This document shows positions 1 to 9,740 of a DNA stretch of 64,000 nucleotides, piece by piece. Numbering within the stretch: position 1 is the stretch's first letter; every line of letters begins with the position of its first letter. The notes beneath the pieces are model-generated. The model searched no databases and was not told where the DNA came from. It worked only from the letters and a program-made list of their open reading frames with translations. A program made the position numbers and the translations under genes. The stretch is from a virus: positions 64,001-128,000 of the IMG/VR virus record IMGVR_UViG_3300027896_000010; one strand, written 5' to 3'.

Positions 1-147
1 TGTCATGTTACCCCTTGGAATTATATCTACGCCTACAGCACCCGGGAAAATTCTGCCCCCGCAACAAACATCAATCCCATTGCCGTTGGCATAAGGCGAC
101 ATGGCTTCATACTCGCTCTTGTCTATTTCTACCCAATCTTTAATCAT
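1..147 (-). CDS. Class I SAM-dependent methyltransferase, N-terminal fragment (runs off the left edge; not in ORF track)
   Basis: Manual translation from ATG at 147: MIKDWVEIDKSEYEAMSPYANGNGIDVCCGGRIFPGAVGVDII. GxGIDVCCG...AVGVD resembles SAM motif I/II; GAGGAGG RBS upstream. Confidence 0.6.
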   Translation of the reverse strand, partial: MIKDWVEIDKSEYEAMSPYANGNGIDVCCGGRIFPGAVGVDIIPRGNMT

Positions 148-352
148 CCTCATCCTCCTCAGCCGAATCAAACATCAATTGTGTTTCCAGCGACAGTAGC
201 AATGCTCGTAACTCTCTTATCGTGGAGATAAACTGAACCCACTCATCTCCTGCAATTTTATCGGACTTCTTATAGGCAAAGTGTTCGTCTATCAAATTAT
301 GATTACGATTAGCAATCATTCCAATAAGACCATCAACTTTCTTCTGTATCAA
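140..352 (-). CDS. Hypothetical protein (70 aa, acidic tail)
   Basis: Fills the gap between neighbours on the coding strand; no recognised motif. Confidence 0.5.
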   Translation of the reverse strand: MIQKKVDGLIGMIANRNHNLIDEHFAYKKSDKIAGDEWVQFISTIRELRALLLSLETQLMFDSAEEDEDD

Positions 353-361
353 GATGACCCC

Positions 362-1423
362 CTATATGGCCATATTCTCATGGATAAATTCTTGGAATCT
401 CTGTTTGCCACTTAGTGCTTGAATGGTCAATAGCTCCCTCGCCATTTTGATATCAACCAGAGCCTTTTCGTAATCTGATGTTATCCTTCCTACAATTTCT
501 TCCAAATGTGTATAGTGGTATTTAGACCATTCTTGGATATACAATTCAGACACCACGTTATACATTGGAACGCAATATCGCTCTAGTCCACCTTGCGCTG
601 ATAGTTCAAACATCTTGAAATGGTAGTTCAAGCTCACCAGCGGAGTCTCGGTTAAAATAGCCGCGACCATGCCGTGCAAACGATGAGCCACTATGATGCC
701 ACATTTCGATACTTCGTCCAGCAGATAATCAATCTGGTTCTGCATATCATGAATCCTAGGCACAATCCATATTCTGGAATCGTCTATGTTATTTCTTAAA
801 ATTTCGTATCTGGGGTAATCTCCGCTAGTATCACCAAAGGGAATCAGCGAGACATCATACCCGTTCTCAAGAAAAAATCTTATCTTGGCCTCGTAATACT
901 CCATGGCATAAGTAAATGTGGCGATAAGACCGACCCTCTTATTTTCCCTTGGGTACTTACGGGCAAAGGGATATGTTATCGCCATATCAGAAGCCACAGT
1001 TACATCTTCTTCCGCTATCATTTTGAGATGATAAGCACTGATCTGGTCTCTGACGATAATCAAATCCATTGCATCGAATACCTTTTGCATATAGACCCGA
1101 CTATCATCTCGATAAATGACATTGACCCCCACATCATAGGCGATTATTTTGCTACCATATTTCTTGGCATTCAAAAAAATGCTGTAGATAAGCCCCTGCG
1201 AGAAGCCATCTTCTCCGAACCAGCCCCCGCCACCAGCCACGACGAAATCTGGTCGCATATCAGGTGAGGCAAAATCACAGCGATTGAGTATCATGTCTTC
1301 CCATGTCAGATAGCAAAAATGGGCAAGAGGGTCTACCTCTAAAATGTGTTGCTTGGTCGTTTCTCGCAACATATTATCCCCAACGTTATCCTTCCCGTAA
1401 AAACCGACCAAAAGATATCTCAT
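362..1423 (-). CDS. Polysaccharide pyruvyl transferase family protein (CsaB-like)
   Basis: GFYGKDNVGD, GGGGW, VRDQIS and AHRLHGMVAA motifs typical of pyruvyl transferases. Confidence 0.8.
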   Translation of the reverse strand: MRYLLVGFYGKDNVGDNMLRETTKQHILEVDPLAHFCYLTWEDMILNRCDFASPDMRPDFVVAGGGGWFGEDGFSQGLIYSIFLNAKKYGSKIIAYDVGVNVIYRDDSRVYMQKVFDAMDLIIVRDQISAYHLKMIAEEDVTVASDMAITYPFARKYPRENKRVGLIATFTYAMEYYEAKIRFFLENGYDVSLIPFGDTSGDYPRYEILRNNIDDSRIWIVPRIHDMQNQIDYLLDEVSKCGIIVAHRLHGMVAAILTETPLVSLNYHFKMFELSAQGGLERYCVPMYNVVSELYIQEWSKYHYTHLEEIVGRITSDYEKALVDIKMARELLTIQALSGKQRFQEFIHENMAI

Positions 1424-3199
1424 CTAATTTCTCGCCTTGGCTTTGACGATATAGCAATTGCTGACCGACAGGTCGTCGGCAACCACATCAAACCCTGCCA
1501 ACTGCATTTCTGCCCTCAGCACTTCTGGGGTATACTGGCGAACATGACCGTTGGGGTTTATAACAGAATCACAACATGGGCACCTGAGCGATGAAGCCAT
1601 CAGGCTCTCATTGATGGGAACACTGACCACAATAATGCCATCTGGTCTCAGCAGGTCTTTAAGTACCCGCCAAGCATCAAACGTCTGTGAACAGTCTAGG
1701 TGTTCTAGGGTCTCCAGACACAAAACCCATTGATGTTCCTTTTCCCACTTCTTTGGCATCTCGTCAAGCCTCATCATCCTGAAGTCTCCAGAGTAATGCT
1801 CCATCAACAACTTGATACTGTTCGGAGAAAAATCAGTAGCACTCAGTTGGGCATTGGGGAACCTATTGATTAATTCTTCAACCGCTAATCCATAGCCAGC
1901 CGCAACATCAATCACATCGGAAACGTCACCGTCCAACATATCAATAGTCTTTTGAATACGTGCCTTTGTGCCGGGATTCTCCTGTTCGAATACGCGATGC
2001 TCTTCCATGTAATAATCCCACATCGTTACGCTATTAAGTTCGGGGGCAAGCTTCTCCAGATAAGACTTCCTAAAAGCATCCATATCATCATTCAAAACTA
2101 ACTGATGTCTTATAGAATCAGCATCCCAGTACTTTGGCCGAGGTTCGCGTTTCGCTTCAAACCCAAGAGCCTTGATTTTATCTGCTAGCCCTAACTTCTC
2201 AGAGAAATCTTTCAACAACTGTTCGGCTCGTTTCTCATAACTATGGTCTCGCACGGCTCTTCTATATCCAGCCCTTCTCATAAGTTCTCGTTTTCTTTCA
2301 TTGGCAAGATAGTACTGTGCTTTCTCAATACATTCTTCTGCCGATGCGAACATTTCAATTTCTTTCCCCACCCTGAAAAGCTCTGGGAGATAGCTGAATT
2401 CCTGAGAGAGCATAAAACCGCCATATCCGGGTATCTCCATGTGCCGCATCTTCAGCCCAGCAACCCCTGCTGGCTGGTCGGAGAAAGCCAGATTGATTTT
2501 CGTCCTCTCGGCTATCGTCGCCATGTCTGGTAGCTCCACTCGGTCTCCCCAGTCCTCACAGCCCTTGCGAGATAATTCACATCCCATCAGCTTCAATTGT
2601 GGCAACGCTTTTTTGACCTGCTGGCATATCTCGTACCTGTTTGATTCGGGCCAATTAATAAGAGGGTTTCCACAAAATGCTATGTCTTGAGGCTCATAAA
2701 CCATCCTGCCCAGATTGCGCCTGTCTCGCCATTGAGTAATCATGCCATTAGGCTTTGGAAGACAATTAGAATCATAGCCAAACGGCAACCATTTAGCTGT
2801 CATCCCGTGTTTCGTGTATAAAGAAAGGCTGTTCAGTTCTGTGGTATATATCATGTCGTATCCGACAGAATGAACCAGAGAAACCTTCTCGAACCAGAAC
2901 GGGTCATCAATTTGCCATACAACCGTGAGTACTCCAGATAGCTTAATCCTTTGCAGAAGATTGGAAGTTATCATGTCACCCTTCGCCAAGAACATAACAT
3001 CGGGCTGAAACTCCTGCGTGGCTTTTAACACCTTGCTATCATTCTGTATCAACCTGATTCTTAATCTCTCTCCCTCTAGCTCCCAAACATTAGCATTGGA
3101 TACTATCTTCACCTTATGCCCTAGAGCCTTAAACCCATCCACTATTCCTGTGGTATAGAACCCCGGCCCCATACACTCGGCTACAACAAGAATTTTCAT
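1424..3199 (-). CDS. CgeB-like GT-B glycosyltransferase fused to a C-terminal class I SAM methyltransferase
   Basis: WQIDDP, KINLAF..MRHMEIPGYGGFMLS and GYRRAVRDHSYEKRAEQLL (Glyco_trans_1_2-like), then VIDVAAGYG, TDFS, CLETLEHL and IIVVSVP (methyltransferase). Confidence 0.8.
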   Translation of the reverse strand: MKILVVAECMGPGFYTTGIVDGFKALGHKVKIVSNANVWELEGERLRIRLIQNDSKVLKATQEFQPDVMFLAKGDMITSNLLQRIKLSGVLTVVWQIDDPFWFEKVSLVHSVGYDMIYTTELNSLSLYTKHGMTAKWLPFGYDSNCLPKPNGMITQWRDRRNLGRMVYEPQDIAFCGNPLINWPESNRYEICQQVKKALPQLKLMGCELSRKGCEDWGDRVELPDMATIAERTKINLAFSDQPAGVAGLKMRHMEIPGYGGFMLSQEFSYLPELFRVGKEIEMFASAEECIEKAQYYLANERKRELMRRAGYRRAVRDHSYEKRAEQLLKDFSEKLGLADKIKALGFEAKREPRPKYWDADSIRHQLVLNDDMDAFRKSYLEKLAPELNSVTMWDYYMEEHRVFEQENPGTKARIQKTIDMLDGDVSDVIDVAAGYGLAVEELINRFPNAQLSATDFSPNSIKLLMEHYSGDFRMMRLDEMPKKWEKEHQWVLCLETLEHLDCSQTFDAWRVLKDLLRPDGIIVVSVPINESLMASSLRCPCCDSVINPNGHVRQYTPEVLRAEMQLAGFDVVADDLSVSNCYIVKAKARN

Positions 3200-3215
3200 C
3201 TCAAACTCCTAGCTC

Positions 3216-4082
3216 CTAATACCATTCATCTGGAACAATGCCCCCGGGAGATGCGTCCGATGCCCCCTTGCGAACTTTCAACGGACGCTCCTTCAGATAC
3301 TCACCAAACTTCTCTTGAAACACTTTTAGATTGCCTTGCAGAGCCTGAGAATGATGTTCTCGGTTAGTCGGTTCCATCATGTGCCGAAGCTCAGACTTGG
3401 GGCAGTAGACGACTTTCATCCCTGCTTGCTCTACTCTCAAGCAGTAATCATCATCATCAAAATAAATGGGCCAAAAACGCTCCTCCAAATACCCTATCTT
3501 TTCGATAGTAGAATTCAGATACAGACCAAAACCACCATAATCACATTCATATTCCTCTTCGGCTGGTTCGTAGTGTCTTGGCTTGGTAGCATAGGCACAG
3601 ACAGTCTGCCCGTCACGCAATTTAAAGGCCCCAGCCGCCTGTATACTGTAATCAGCCCTGAGTTGCTTACTGGCTATATGTCCCGCCTCAGGATGCTTCT
3701 CAGCGCATTTGATGGCCTCTGAGAGCCAATGAGGCTCTACATAGACATCATTATTAATCAAATAGATATATTTATAGCTCCTGCACATCTTCATAATCCT
3801 ATTGTTGGCTTCGGCATACCCCAAGTCAGGACTATGGTCAAAAATCAGGGTCGCCTTATTTCTCATATTAGAAAACAACCATTGTGCCGTGCCATCTGTC
3901 GAACACGAATCCACGATATACAAATTGAACAAATCAGTATCACCAGATTTATACAGATGTTTTATCGCCTCTTTCGTCATCTCCAGCCGATTGCGGGTCG
4001 TCAATATAACTGCCGCCTTATTGGTACAGGTCTCTGAGAATTGCCGACCATCTTTCACTATACTTCTCCTTATTTTAGACAC
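3216..4082 (-). CDS. GT2 family glycosyltransferase
   Basis: VILTTRNR, VDSCSTDGT, GYAEANN, LINNDV (DxD equivalent) and DDDDYCLR acceptor motif. Confidence 0.85.
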   Translation of the reverse strand: MSKIRRSIVKDGRQFSETCTNKAAVILTTRNRLEMTKEAIKHLYKSGDTDLFNLYIVDSCSTDGTAQWLFSNMRNKATLIFDHSPDLGYAEANNRIMKMCRSYKYIYLINNDVYVEPHWLSEAIKCAEKHPEAGHIASKQLRADYSIQAAGAFKLRDGQTVCAYATKPRHYEPAEEEYECDYGGFGLYLNSTIEKIGYLEERFWPIYFDDDDYCLRVEQAGMKVVYCPKSELRHMMEPTNREHHSQALQGNLKVFQEKFGEYLKERPLKVRKGASDASPGGIVPDEWY

Positions 4083-5131
4083 TCTTTGATTGATTTAATT
4101 ATCTTCATAACCCACTTATGTTCAAGCGAAGGATAAATGGGCAAACACAAAATACGCTCAGAGACATCTTTCGCTACAGGACATTTTACGTCATCCGAAA
4201 CCAATGGATAAAAATACTTGCGGGTACTGATAGAGGCCTTGAGCAATTCATCATGCACCCTGTCTCGTTGGCTCTGGTTCGCAAATCGAACTGGCATATA
4301 CGCCCAGTTATACTCTGTAGCCGTCAGCCTCTGGAATTCAATATCTTTCTCGTCTCCAAGATACGTCTTGTAGATATAATAGATGTTCTTTCTAGCTACC
4401 AAATGGCTGGTCGTATCGGCAAGATTGCAAAGCCCTACTGCGGCTCTGAGTTCATCCATCTTCGCGTTAGTGCCTTGGGGAGAAAATCGCTCACAATTCA
4501 CAATGCCATGATTCCTCATCAGCCTTACTCTTTCGGCACTCCATTCATCTGTAGGGGCTATCGCCCCACCTTCAAATGTGTTAAAGACTTTGGTGGCATG
4601 GAAGCTCAATATAGAAATATCTTTGCGCTTGAGAACCGATTCGTGCCGATACTGAACACCAAATGCTTGTGCCGCATCAAGTATCAATCTCAACCCATGG
4701 TTCTTGGCTATCCTTTCCAAAGCCACAATGTCACAAGGATTGCCATAGACATGGACGGCGACTATGGCAGAAGTCTTATCGGTAATCTTGCTCTCTACAT
4801 CTTCAGGATTAATACAATAAGTCTCTGGGTCGATATCGGCATAGACTGGGATAAGCCCCTCCCACTCGATTGCATTCTTGGTAGCAATAAAAGTAAATGG
4901 GGTCGTGATAACTTCCCCCCCAAGATGCCAAACCCTAAGAGCAATCTGCAATGCTAAGGTTCCATTGGTGACAACCATTAGGTCTTGCACACCCAAATAA
5001 TCCTCAAGCTTTGATTCTAGTTGTTGCAACAGAACGCCATCATTAGTAACCCATCCCCTGCCCCAAATGCCCTGTACATATTCCATATATTTGCCTATCT
5101 CTGGCAGGTCTGTCTTGGTCACATAAATCAT
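4070..5131 (-). CDS. DegT/DnrJ/EryC1/StrS PLP-dependent sugar aminotransferase (VioA-like)
   Basis: TNGTLAL, TTPFTFIAT, VHVYGNP, DAAQAFG and SFHATKVFNTFEGG (PLP lysine). Start moved to ATG at 5131 (ATGA overlap with upstream stop). Confidence 0.9.
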   Translation of the reverse strand: MIYVTKTDLPEIGKYMEYVQGIWGRGWVTNDGVLLQQLESKLEDYLGVQDLMVVTNGTLALQIALRVWHLGGEVITTPFTFIATKNAIEWEGLIPVYADIDPETYCINPEDVESKITDKTSAIVAVHVYGNPCDIVALERIAKNHGLRLILDAAQAFGVQYRHESVLKRKDISILSFHATKVFNTFEGGAIAPTDEWSAERVRLMRNHGIVNCERFSPQGTNAKMDELRAAVGLCNLADTTSHLVARKNIYYIYKTYLGDEKDIEFQRLTATEYNWAYMPVRFANQSQRDRVHDELLKASISTRKYFYPLVSDDVKCPVAKDVSERILCLPIYPSLEHKWVMKIIKSIKECLK

Positions 5132-5859
5132 GTCTGTCTCGTAATCTTGTAGTTGTGCAGGGGCGGGAACGTAGCACTCAAATCCCAATGACGTTCAAGC
5201 TTGAGTTTGAAATAATCTGGGTAGTCCCGCCATGCATCCCAGCCCTGATGGTATACCTCATGTTCAAAGCGCCCTGTAATAAAACCCGACTGTTGTATGA
5301 AGCCTATTAGCACAGCATCAGCTATAGCTAATGATGTTTGCATAAACGCATCAAGTTGCTGTTTCCTAATACAAGTAAAATAGCCCCCGAAATTCGTTTG
5401 GGGGCAAAATCCATATTTGATATCAAAATAAGCTCGAAGCTCCCCGAAAGCTTTATTGGGTGTATCATAGAAATTGCTCATGTCAGTAGGCCAGCCCATT
5501 ATGCCCACCTCAGAGAATCCGAACGCCCTTCTCATCTCTCCAATCCAATCAACAGGCTTGTGGAAAAGAACATCAGAATCAGTCACCATCACAAAGGCAT
5601 CCGAATCTTCTCCCGGGAGATTCAACTGATAACCATATCGATATGCTTGGAGCATAAGGTTATCTTTGAACTGGATGAAAGTCTGGACTTTACCTATCTC
5701 GATGCGGTGGAGGATACTGGACTCTAACTCAGAACTGCGTTCGCTTCTGTTTTCAAGAATCGTTAAGTGAATAGGCTCACTAGCATTAGCTACTATACTA
5801 TCTATGAACCGTTCTGTGTACTCCAGACAATAATATGCCAGTGCATAAACATATATCAT
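5128..5859 (-). CDS. Putative GT-A fold glycosyltransferase
   Basis: N-terminal beta-alpha unit, ILENRS and VMVTDSDVLF DxD motif; lies within the sugar cluster. Confidence 0.55.
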   Translation of the reverse strand: MIYVYALAYYCLEYTERFIDSIVANASEPIHLTILENRSERSSELESSILHRIEIGKVQTFIQFKDNLMLQAYRYGYQLNLPGEDSDAFVMVTDSDVLFHKPVDWIGEMRRAFGFSEVGIMGWPTDMSNFYDTPNKAFGELRAYFDIKYGFCPQTNFGGYFTCIRKQQLDAFMQTSLAIADAVLIGFIQQSGFITGRFEHEVYHQGWDAWRDYPDYFKLKLERHWDLSATFPPLHNYKITRQT

Positions 5860-6413
5860 GCCTTCCCCTCGGACTCTTCGAGCCTCGCCTGTGCTTCTAG
5901 CACAGGGCGCTTGGGTCTGGTGCCAATCTTTTTAACAGGCACCCCCACGTACACAGACCATGGCTCTAGAGTAGAATCTGCCAGCACTAAAGCGCCAGCA
6001 CCTATTATCGTCCCTTCAGGGATATCATTATCTGGCAACACAATAGCGTTAGCACCAACAAAGACATATTTTCCAAGCCTAATAAACGAACGCCTCACAC
6101 CCCTGAACTCATCTGGAATTGTGGGGTTATTGAGCAGATATGGGTCTTCGGTGCCAGAGAATAAACGAATCCCTGAAGATATACAAACGTAATCCTCCAA
6201 GAAAGCTTCTCCACCACCAGTAATCGATGTAAATGAAGCAATGTGAATATGATTCCCAATAAAAAGCGCAAGATGCTTTCCTATGAAAACGAAGTCGTCA
6301 ATAACGATATGATTGCCAAGACTGATTACCTCTGGCGAGATAATCTTAGCAAGAGGATATATCGTTACATCTTCGCCTACGCTCTTATAACTATCCTGCC
6401 AGTACTCTATCAT
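5856..6413 (-). CDS. Hexapeptide-repeat (left-handed beta-helix) acyltransferase, VioB-like
   Basis: ISLGNHIVIDDFVFIG, VFVGANAIVLP and SVYVGVPVKKIG; directly upstream of the GT/DegT genes. Confidence 0.85.
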   Translation of the reverse strand: MIEYWQDSYKSVGEDVTIYPLAKIISPEVISLGNHIVIDDFVFIGKHLALFIGNHIHIASFTSITGGGEAFLEDYVCISSGIRLFSGTEDPYLLNNPTIPDEFRGVRRSFIRLGKYVFVGANAIVLPDNDIPEGTIIGAGALVLADSTLEPWSVYVGVPVKKIGTRPKRPVLEAQARLEESEGKA

Positions 6414-6433
6414 GCCCTCTCCTTATCTCACTA

Positions 6434-6467
6434 GGGGGAGTTAGCTTGCAACAACAACCCCCCCCCC
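6434..6467 (-). terminator. GC-rich hairpin, possible terminator
   Basis: Minus strand reads G-run-GTT...AAC-TCCCCC downstream of the 6500-7303 gene; no clear U tract. Confidence 0.35.
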
Positions 6468-6499
6468 AACAAGACTTTAGCCCTTGACCGTCAATCAAT

Positions 6500-7303
6500 C
6501 TATTGAGCAAACCCTGCAGGTACAGGACAAATCTGAGCTTCCTGCGCCCTGAGAGCATCTACTACCACCTGACAGTTGTCAACATATGGGTGGTCAGGGA
6601 CACAATACCCAAGCAACTCGGTTACGTTTTGAGCCTGACCCCAATGACTTACGATATTGTCTGAGTACCTAGCGATGGCCTCGTCCCAAGAACCAAAGTG
6701 GCAACCTATCATCCCAAATGGATTAAAGCTCCCACAGCATATAGCCCCTTTTGAGCTTTCTGCTTCTGCCTGAACTGGCCCCATATAACAACAAATCCCA
6801 GTTCGCTCCGCATTAGCGACGAAGCATTCTCCTAGACCTGCCATCGGACTCCCAGCAAGATAAGCATCAATTACTTGTACCCTTGCCACTCGTTTATCAG
6901 CATTTCTTTGTGCTATAAGCTGGTCTACTATCCATGCATGCTTTCGTGCTTCCAATTCATCAAATGTAACTGGAACATCTTGGGATATCCCTGTTCCTTC
7001 TATCTGCACTGGAAACGAAGTCTTCTTCGCTTCTGCCTCAGTTTTAGGAGCCGCTCCAGCCTTCCTTAACAACTCTGCATTCCTTAGTATATCTGCGTCT
7101 ATCTCTACCCGATAAGCCTTGAACCCTGCCTCAAAATCTCTCATGAACTTAACTTTGATAGCCATCATTCTTTCTTTTTGGGTTAGAACCTTGGCTCTTA
7201 CTGGCATCATGAGAAACATTGTTCCTATTAATGCCACCAGCACAAATCCAGTCAATAGAAAACGAGTAGTAGCTTTCCTTGTATCATTCATTATAAACAC
7301 CAC
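6500..7303 (-). CDS. Membrane-anchored lysozyme-like/glucosaminidase-like protein
   Basis: N-terminal TM helix; YLAGSPMAGLGECFV...AEAESSKG...NPFGM...FGSWDEAI resembles GH73-like cell-wall hydrolases. Confidence 0.5.
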   Translation of the reverse strand: MVFIMNDTRKATTRFLLTGFVLVALIGTMFLMMPVRAKVLTQKERMMAIKVKFMRDFEAGFKAYRVEIDADILRNAELLRKAGAAPKTEAEAKKTSFPVQIEGTGISQDVPVTFDELEARKHAWIVDQLIAQRNADKRVARVQVIDAYLAGSPMAGLGECFVANAERTGICCYMGPVQAEAESSKGAICCGSFNPFGMIGCHFGSWDEAIARYSDNIVSHWGQAQNVTELLGYCVPDHPYVDNCQVVVDALRAQEAQICPVPAGFAQ

Positions 7304-7583
7304 CTAAGCGTCAACCTCTTGAGGTCAATCGCATTGGGCAACCGCTTAGTGTAAACGCTTGCGCTTTGTCCTGCTCGATTACTTCATTCAGTTGTATTTT
7401 CTTGGATGGCGTTAAATGCCGACATCACTTCCTTATCTAATGGATTACCGTGGTGTTTTTCTCTGGCAAGGATTTTGCAATCAGGAAATTAGCCTACCCT
7501 AAAATATATCCTATCGAAACGCTGTTTCCACTAGATTGGCATACTAGCTTCCGCAGACGCTTCACACCCCTACTCAACACACC

Positions 7584-7829
7584 CTACACTATATGCGCTT
7601 TACAATGCACAAAACTCCTTGGTCTTGGACGCAAAAAATAACTCCCCAAAAATACTATCTTTGTCGATTGGCATCGAGGGCATCTAAAGAAGAAATAGTA
7701 TTCTCTCCAATAAATATTCCCACATGCTTTACACTTATAAAAATCGGGGGCAAAAGGTACACCCCAAAACATCTCGCTATCTTCATACCTGCTAAGGTCT
7801 GGGTCGATATCATAATCAGGGTTCGTCAT
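7584..7829 (-). CDS. Small zinc-ribbon protein
   Basis: CKACG...CPRCQS pair of CxxC motifs. Confidence 0.55.
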   Translation of the reverse strand: MTNPDYDIDPDLSRYEDSEMFWGVPFAPDFYKCKACGNIYWREYYFFFRCPRCQSTKIVFLGSYFLRPRPRSFVHCKAHIV

Positions 7830-7855
7830 CTTATTGCCCCTTAAGATTTCTTGCT

Positions 7856-8452
7856 TTAGTTTGTTCGTATTTCATGTTGGTATTTATTATAGAAGGCTAC
7901 CAAGTTAGTTACCATAGGTGTTCGTAACGTAGGAATCACTTCTTTGATAATTTCAACAGGCCAATCCCACCATCGTATTTCAAGCAATTTCTGTATTTCA
8001 TCTTCGTCAAATCTCTTTCTGACCATCTTCGCTGGATTACCAACCACCAAAGCATAAGGTTCTACATATCCAGCTACCACACTGAATGCACCGACTATGG
8101 CTCCATTATCTATCGTGGCACCCTCTAAAAGCCTAGCGCCCTGAGCAATCCATACATCATTTCTAATAACTATGGGTTCGGCCTCATGCTCTAGCGGTGA
8201 GTCGTATTTCGAATCCAAATATTTGCCTTCTCTTACATATGGTTTTTGTTCTCTATCTGTGTTTGCCACTGTTACATCTGTCAGGTTACTAAATGGATGC
8301 AGGGCAATATTGTACTGGGAATGTGTCTCCCCAAAATAAAACCCCACTTCATGAGCTATCGAACAAAACTTACCGATAATAATATCGCCCAATCTGCCAT
8401 TTAGTTTATTTAAAGCGGTCATAGAATAACTATATGCGCCCATCTCTATCAT
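7856..8452 (-). CDS. CatB/Vat-family (xenobiotic acyltransferase-like) hexapeptide O-acetyltransferase
   Basis: IGKFCSIA, NDVWIAQGA, VVGNPAKMVRKRF and LLEIRWWDWP family signature. Confidence 0.85.
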   Translation of the reverse strand: MIEMGAYSYSMTALNKLNGRLGDIIIGKFCSIAHEVGFYFGETHSQYNIALHPFSNLTDVTVANTDREQKPYVREGKYLDSKYDSPLEHEAEPIVIRNDVWIAQGARLLEGATIDNGAIVGAFSVVAGYVEPYALVVGNPAKMVRKRFDEDEIQKLLEIRWWDWPVEIIKEVIPTLRTPMVTNLVAFYNKYQHEIRTN

Positions 8453-8471
8453 TTATTAGCCCTTAACTTGC

Positions 8472-8915
8472 TTACCTAGAATTTCTCACCTTGACTAGAT
8501 TTCTCTCTTTGGCGCACTTCTCCAGTTCTTCTGTCTTGGCTACCCCACACCTGCAACACTTATCCTGACCCTTAATGAATTCATGCAAACATGCTTCCTG
8601 CCGAACAGTAACCATCAACTCTGCATACTGCTTGGCTTCCTTCTCATACGTTTCTGCCATCTCAATATTGCCTTCCTTTTTGGCTTCAATAAATAAAGCC
8701 ATAGTGTTTTCGAAAGCATAGTTCAGGTTAGCATAACGGCTGGCTAAGTCAATCGAAGGCCCAATCTTTTTCTGTACTGCCTTCCTCGCCCTCTCCCTCA
8801 GGTTGATAACCTCCCCAGTATCACTATGGATATCATAGTCTGGTATACTGAGACGCATATTCTCACTACACATGAGCCTCTCGAAATAAACGTGAACCTC
8901 TTCCTCAGACATCAT
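8472..8915 (-). CDS. Hypothetical protein with C-terminal Cys/His cluster
   Basis: CLHEF...CCRCG; gene-dense context. Confidence 0.5.
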   Translation of the reverse strand: MMSEEEVHVYFERLMCSENMRLSIPDYDIHSDTGEVINLRERARKAVQKKIGPSIDLASRYANLNYAFENTMALFIEAKKEGNIEMAETYEKEAKQYAELMVTVRQEACLHEFIKGQDKCCRCGVAKTEELEKCAKERNLVKVRNSR

Positions 8916-9153
8916 CTTCCCCTTCCACTTCTTTCTCTATCGGGAGCATTTTTTTCTGTGACATAATAGTATTTGGCATGATACCCAAGGTCTGACCATG
9001 CTCACTTACTATACCAGTATATAGGTCTAGCTCCTGCCCCATCTCTATCCCGAAAGCTTCAAGAACCCTCTTCGCCTTAAAGGGTTCTGCGTCGAACGCC
9101 ATTCCATTAATAATTATTCTGCGCTCTTCCTCGTGATAAAATACTTTTGGCAT
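8905..9153 (-). CDS. Hypothetical protein
   Basis: Overlapping stop/start with both neighbours. Confidence 0.5.
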   Translation of the reverse strand: MPKVFYHEEERRIIINGMAFDAEPFKAKRVLEAFGIEMGQELDLYTGIVSEHGQTLGIMPNTIMSQKKMLPIEKEVEGEDDV

Positions 9154-9740
9154 TACTTCTTCCTCCCTCTCTGCCGTTGCCCTTCACCATTTAGACTAGT
9201 AATGTCTTCCAGAACTTTTTGTTCATAGGCAGTCAATATTCTCTTATCTTGGTCAACTGGCTTCGAAATTGATAACTCCTTCTCATATATAATCTTTGCG
9301 ATTATGAATGCGTCTATAACATGTTCATTATCAATACCGTCCAGTTCAGACCATTTCCGTACGGCAGAAACCGCTGCTTCCATTTTCTTAGCATTGCCTT
9401 TACCACAGGCAAACTTTTTTGCCATGTGAATCTGAATCACATAAAATCTCTTAACTCGCTTAACCCTAAGCTCCTGCACAGCCACCAACTTGGCAATGCC
9501 ACCAACCTCTCCCATGGCTTCACGACCATACTTCGAGCCTAATGAGTAGCCCTCTATGGCCAAAGCGTCAACTGGGGCGTGTCTTTTAACAAGCTCCTTT
9601 ATAAACTTATAAATGGCATCAAGCCGTGTGATGTCAGTTACATCGGGAGAAAACACTCCCTGTTCAACTATACCTTCGCCACCAAGTACTACAAAACCTG
9701 TATTGGTGAGTGACTGGTCAAGGCCAATAACTAATGTCAA
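9153..9740 (-). CDS. ruvC: RuvC-like Holliday junction resolvase
   Basis: IGLDQSLTNTG, AIEGYS, KKFACGKGNAKK and NEHVIDAFIIA acidic active-site pattern. Confidence 0.85.
   Translation of the reverse strand: MTLVIGLDQSLTNTGFVVLGGEGIVEQGVFSPDVTDITRLDAIYKFIKELVKRHAPVDALAIEGYSLGSKYGREAMGEVGGIAKLVAVQELRVKRVKRFYVIQIHMAKKFACGKGNAKKMEAAVSAVRKWSELDGIDNEHVIDAFIIAKIIYEKELSISKPVDQDKRILTAYEQKVLEDITSLNGEGQRQRGRKK

Noticed and set aside
7320-7400. Possible c-di-GMP-I or c-di-AMP riboswitch upstream of the lysozyme-like gene (GGACAAAGC...CTAAG...GGTTGCC)
   Set aside because: Only fragments resemble the consensus; I could not build P1/P2 or the GNRA tetraloop-receptor. An Infernal/Rfam scan would settle it.
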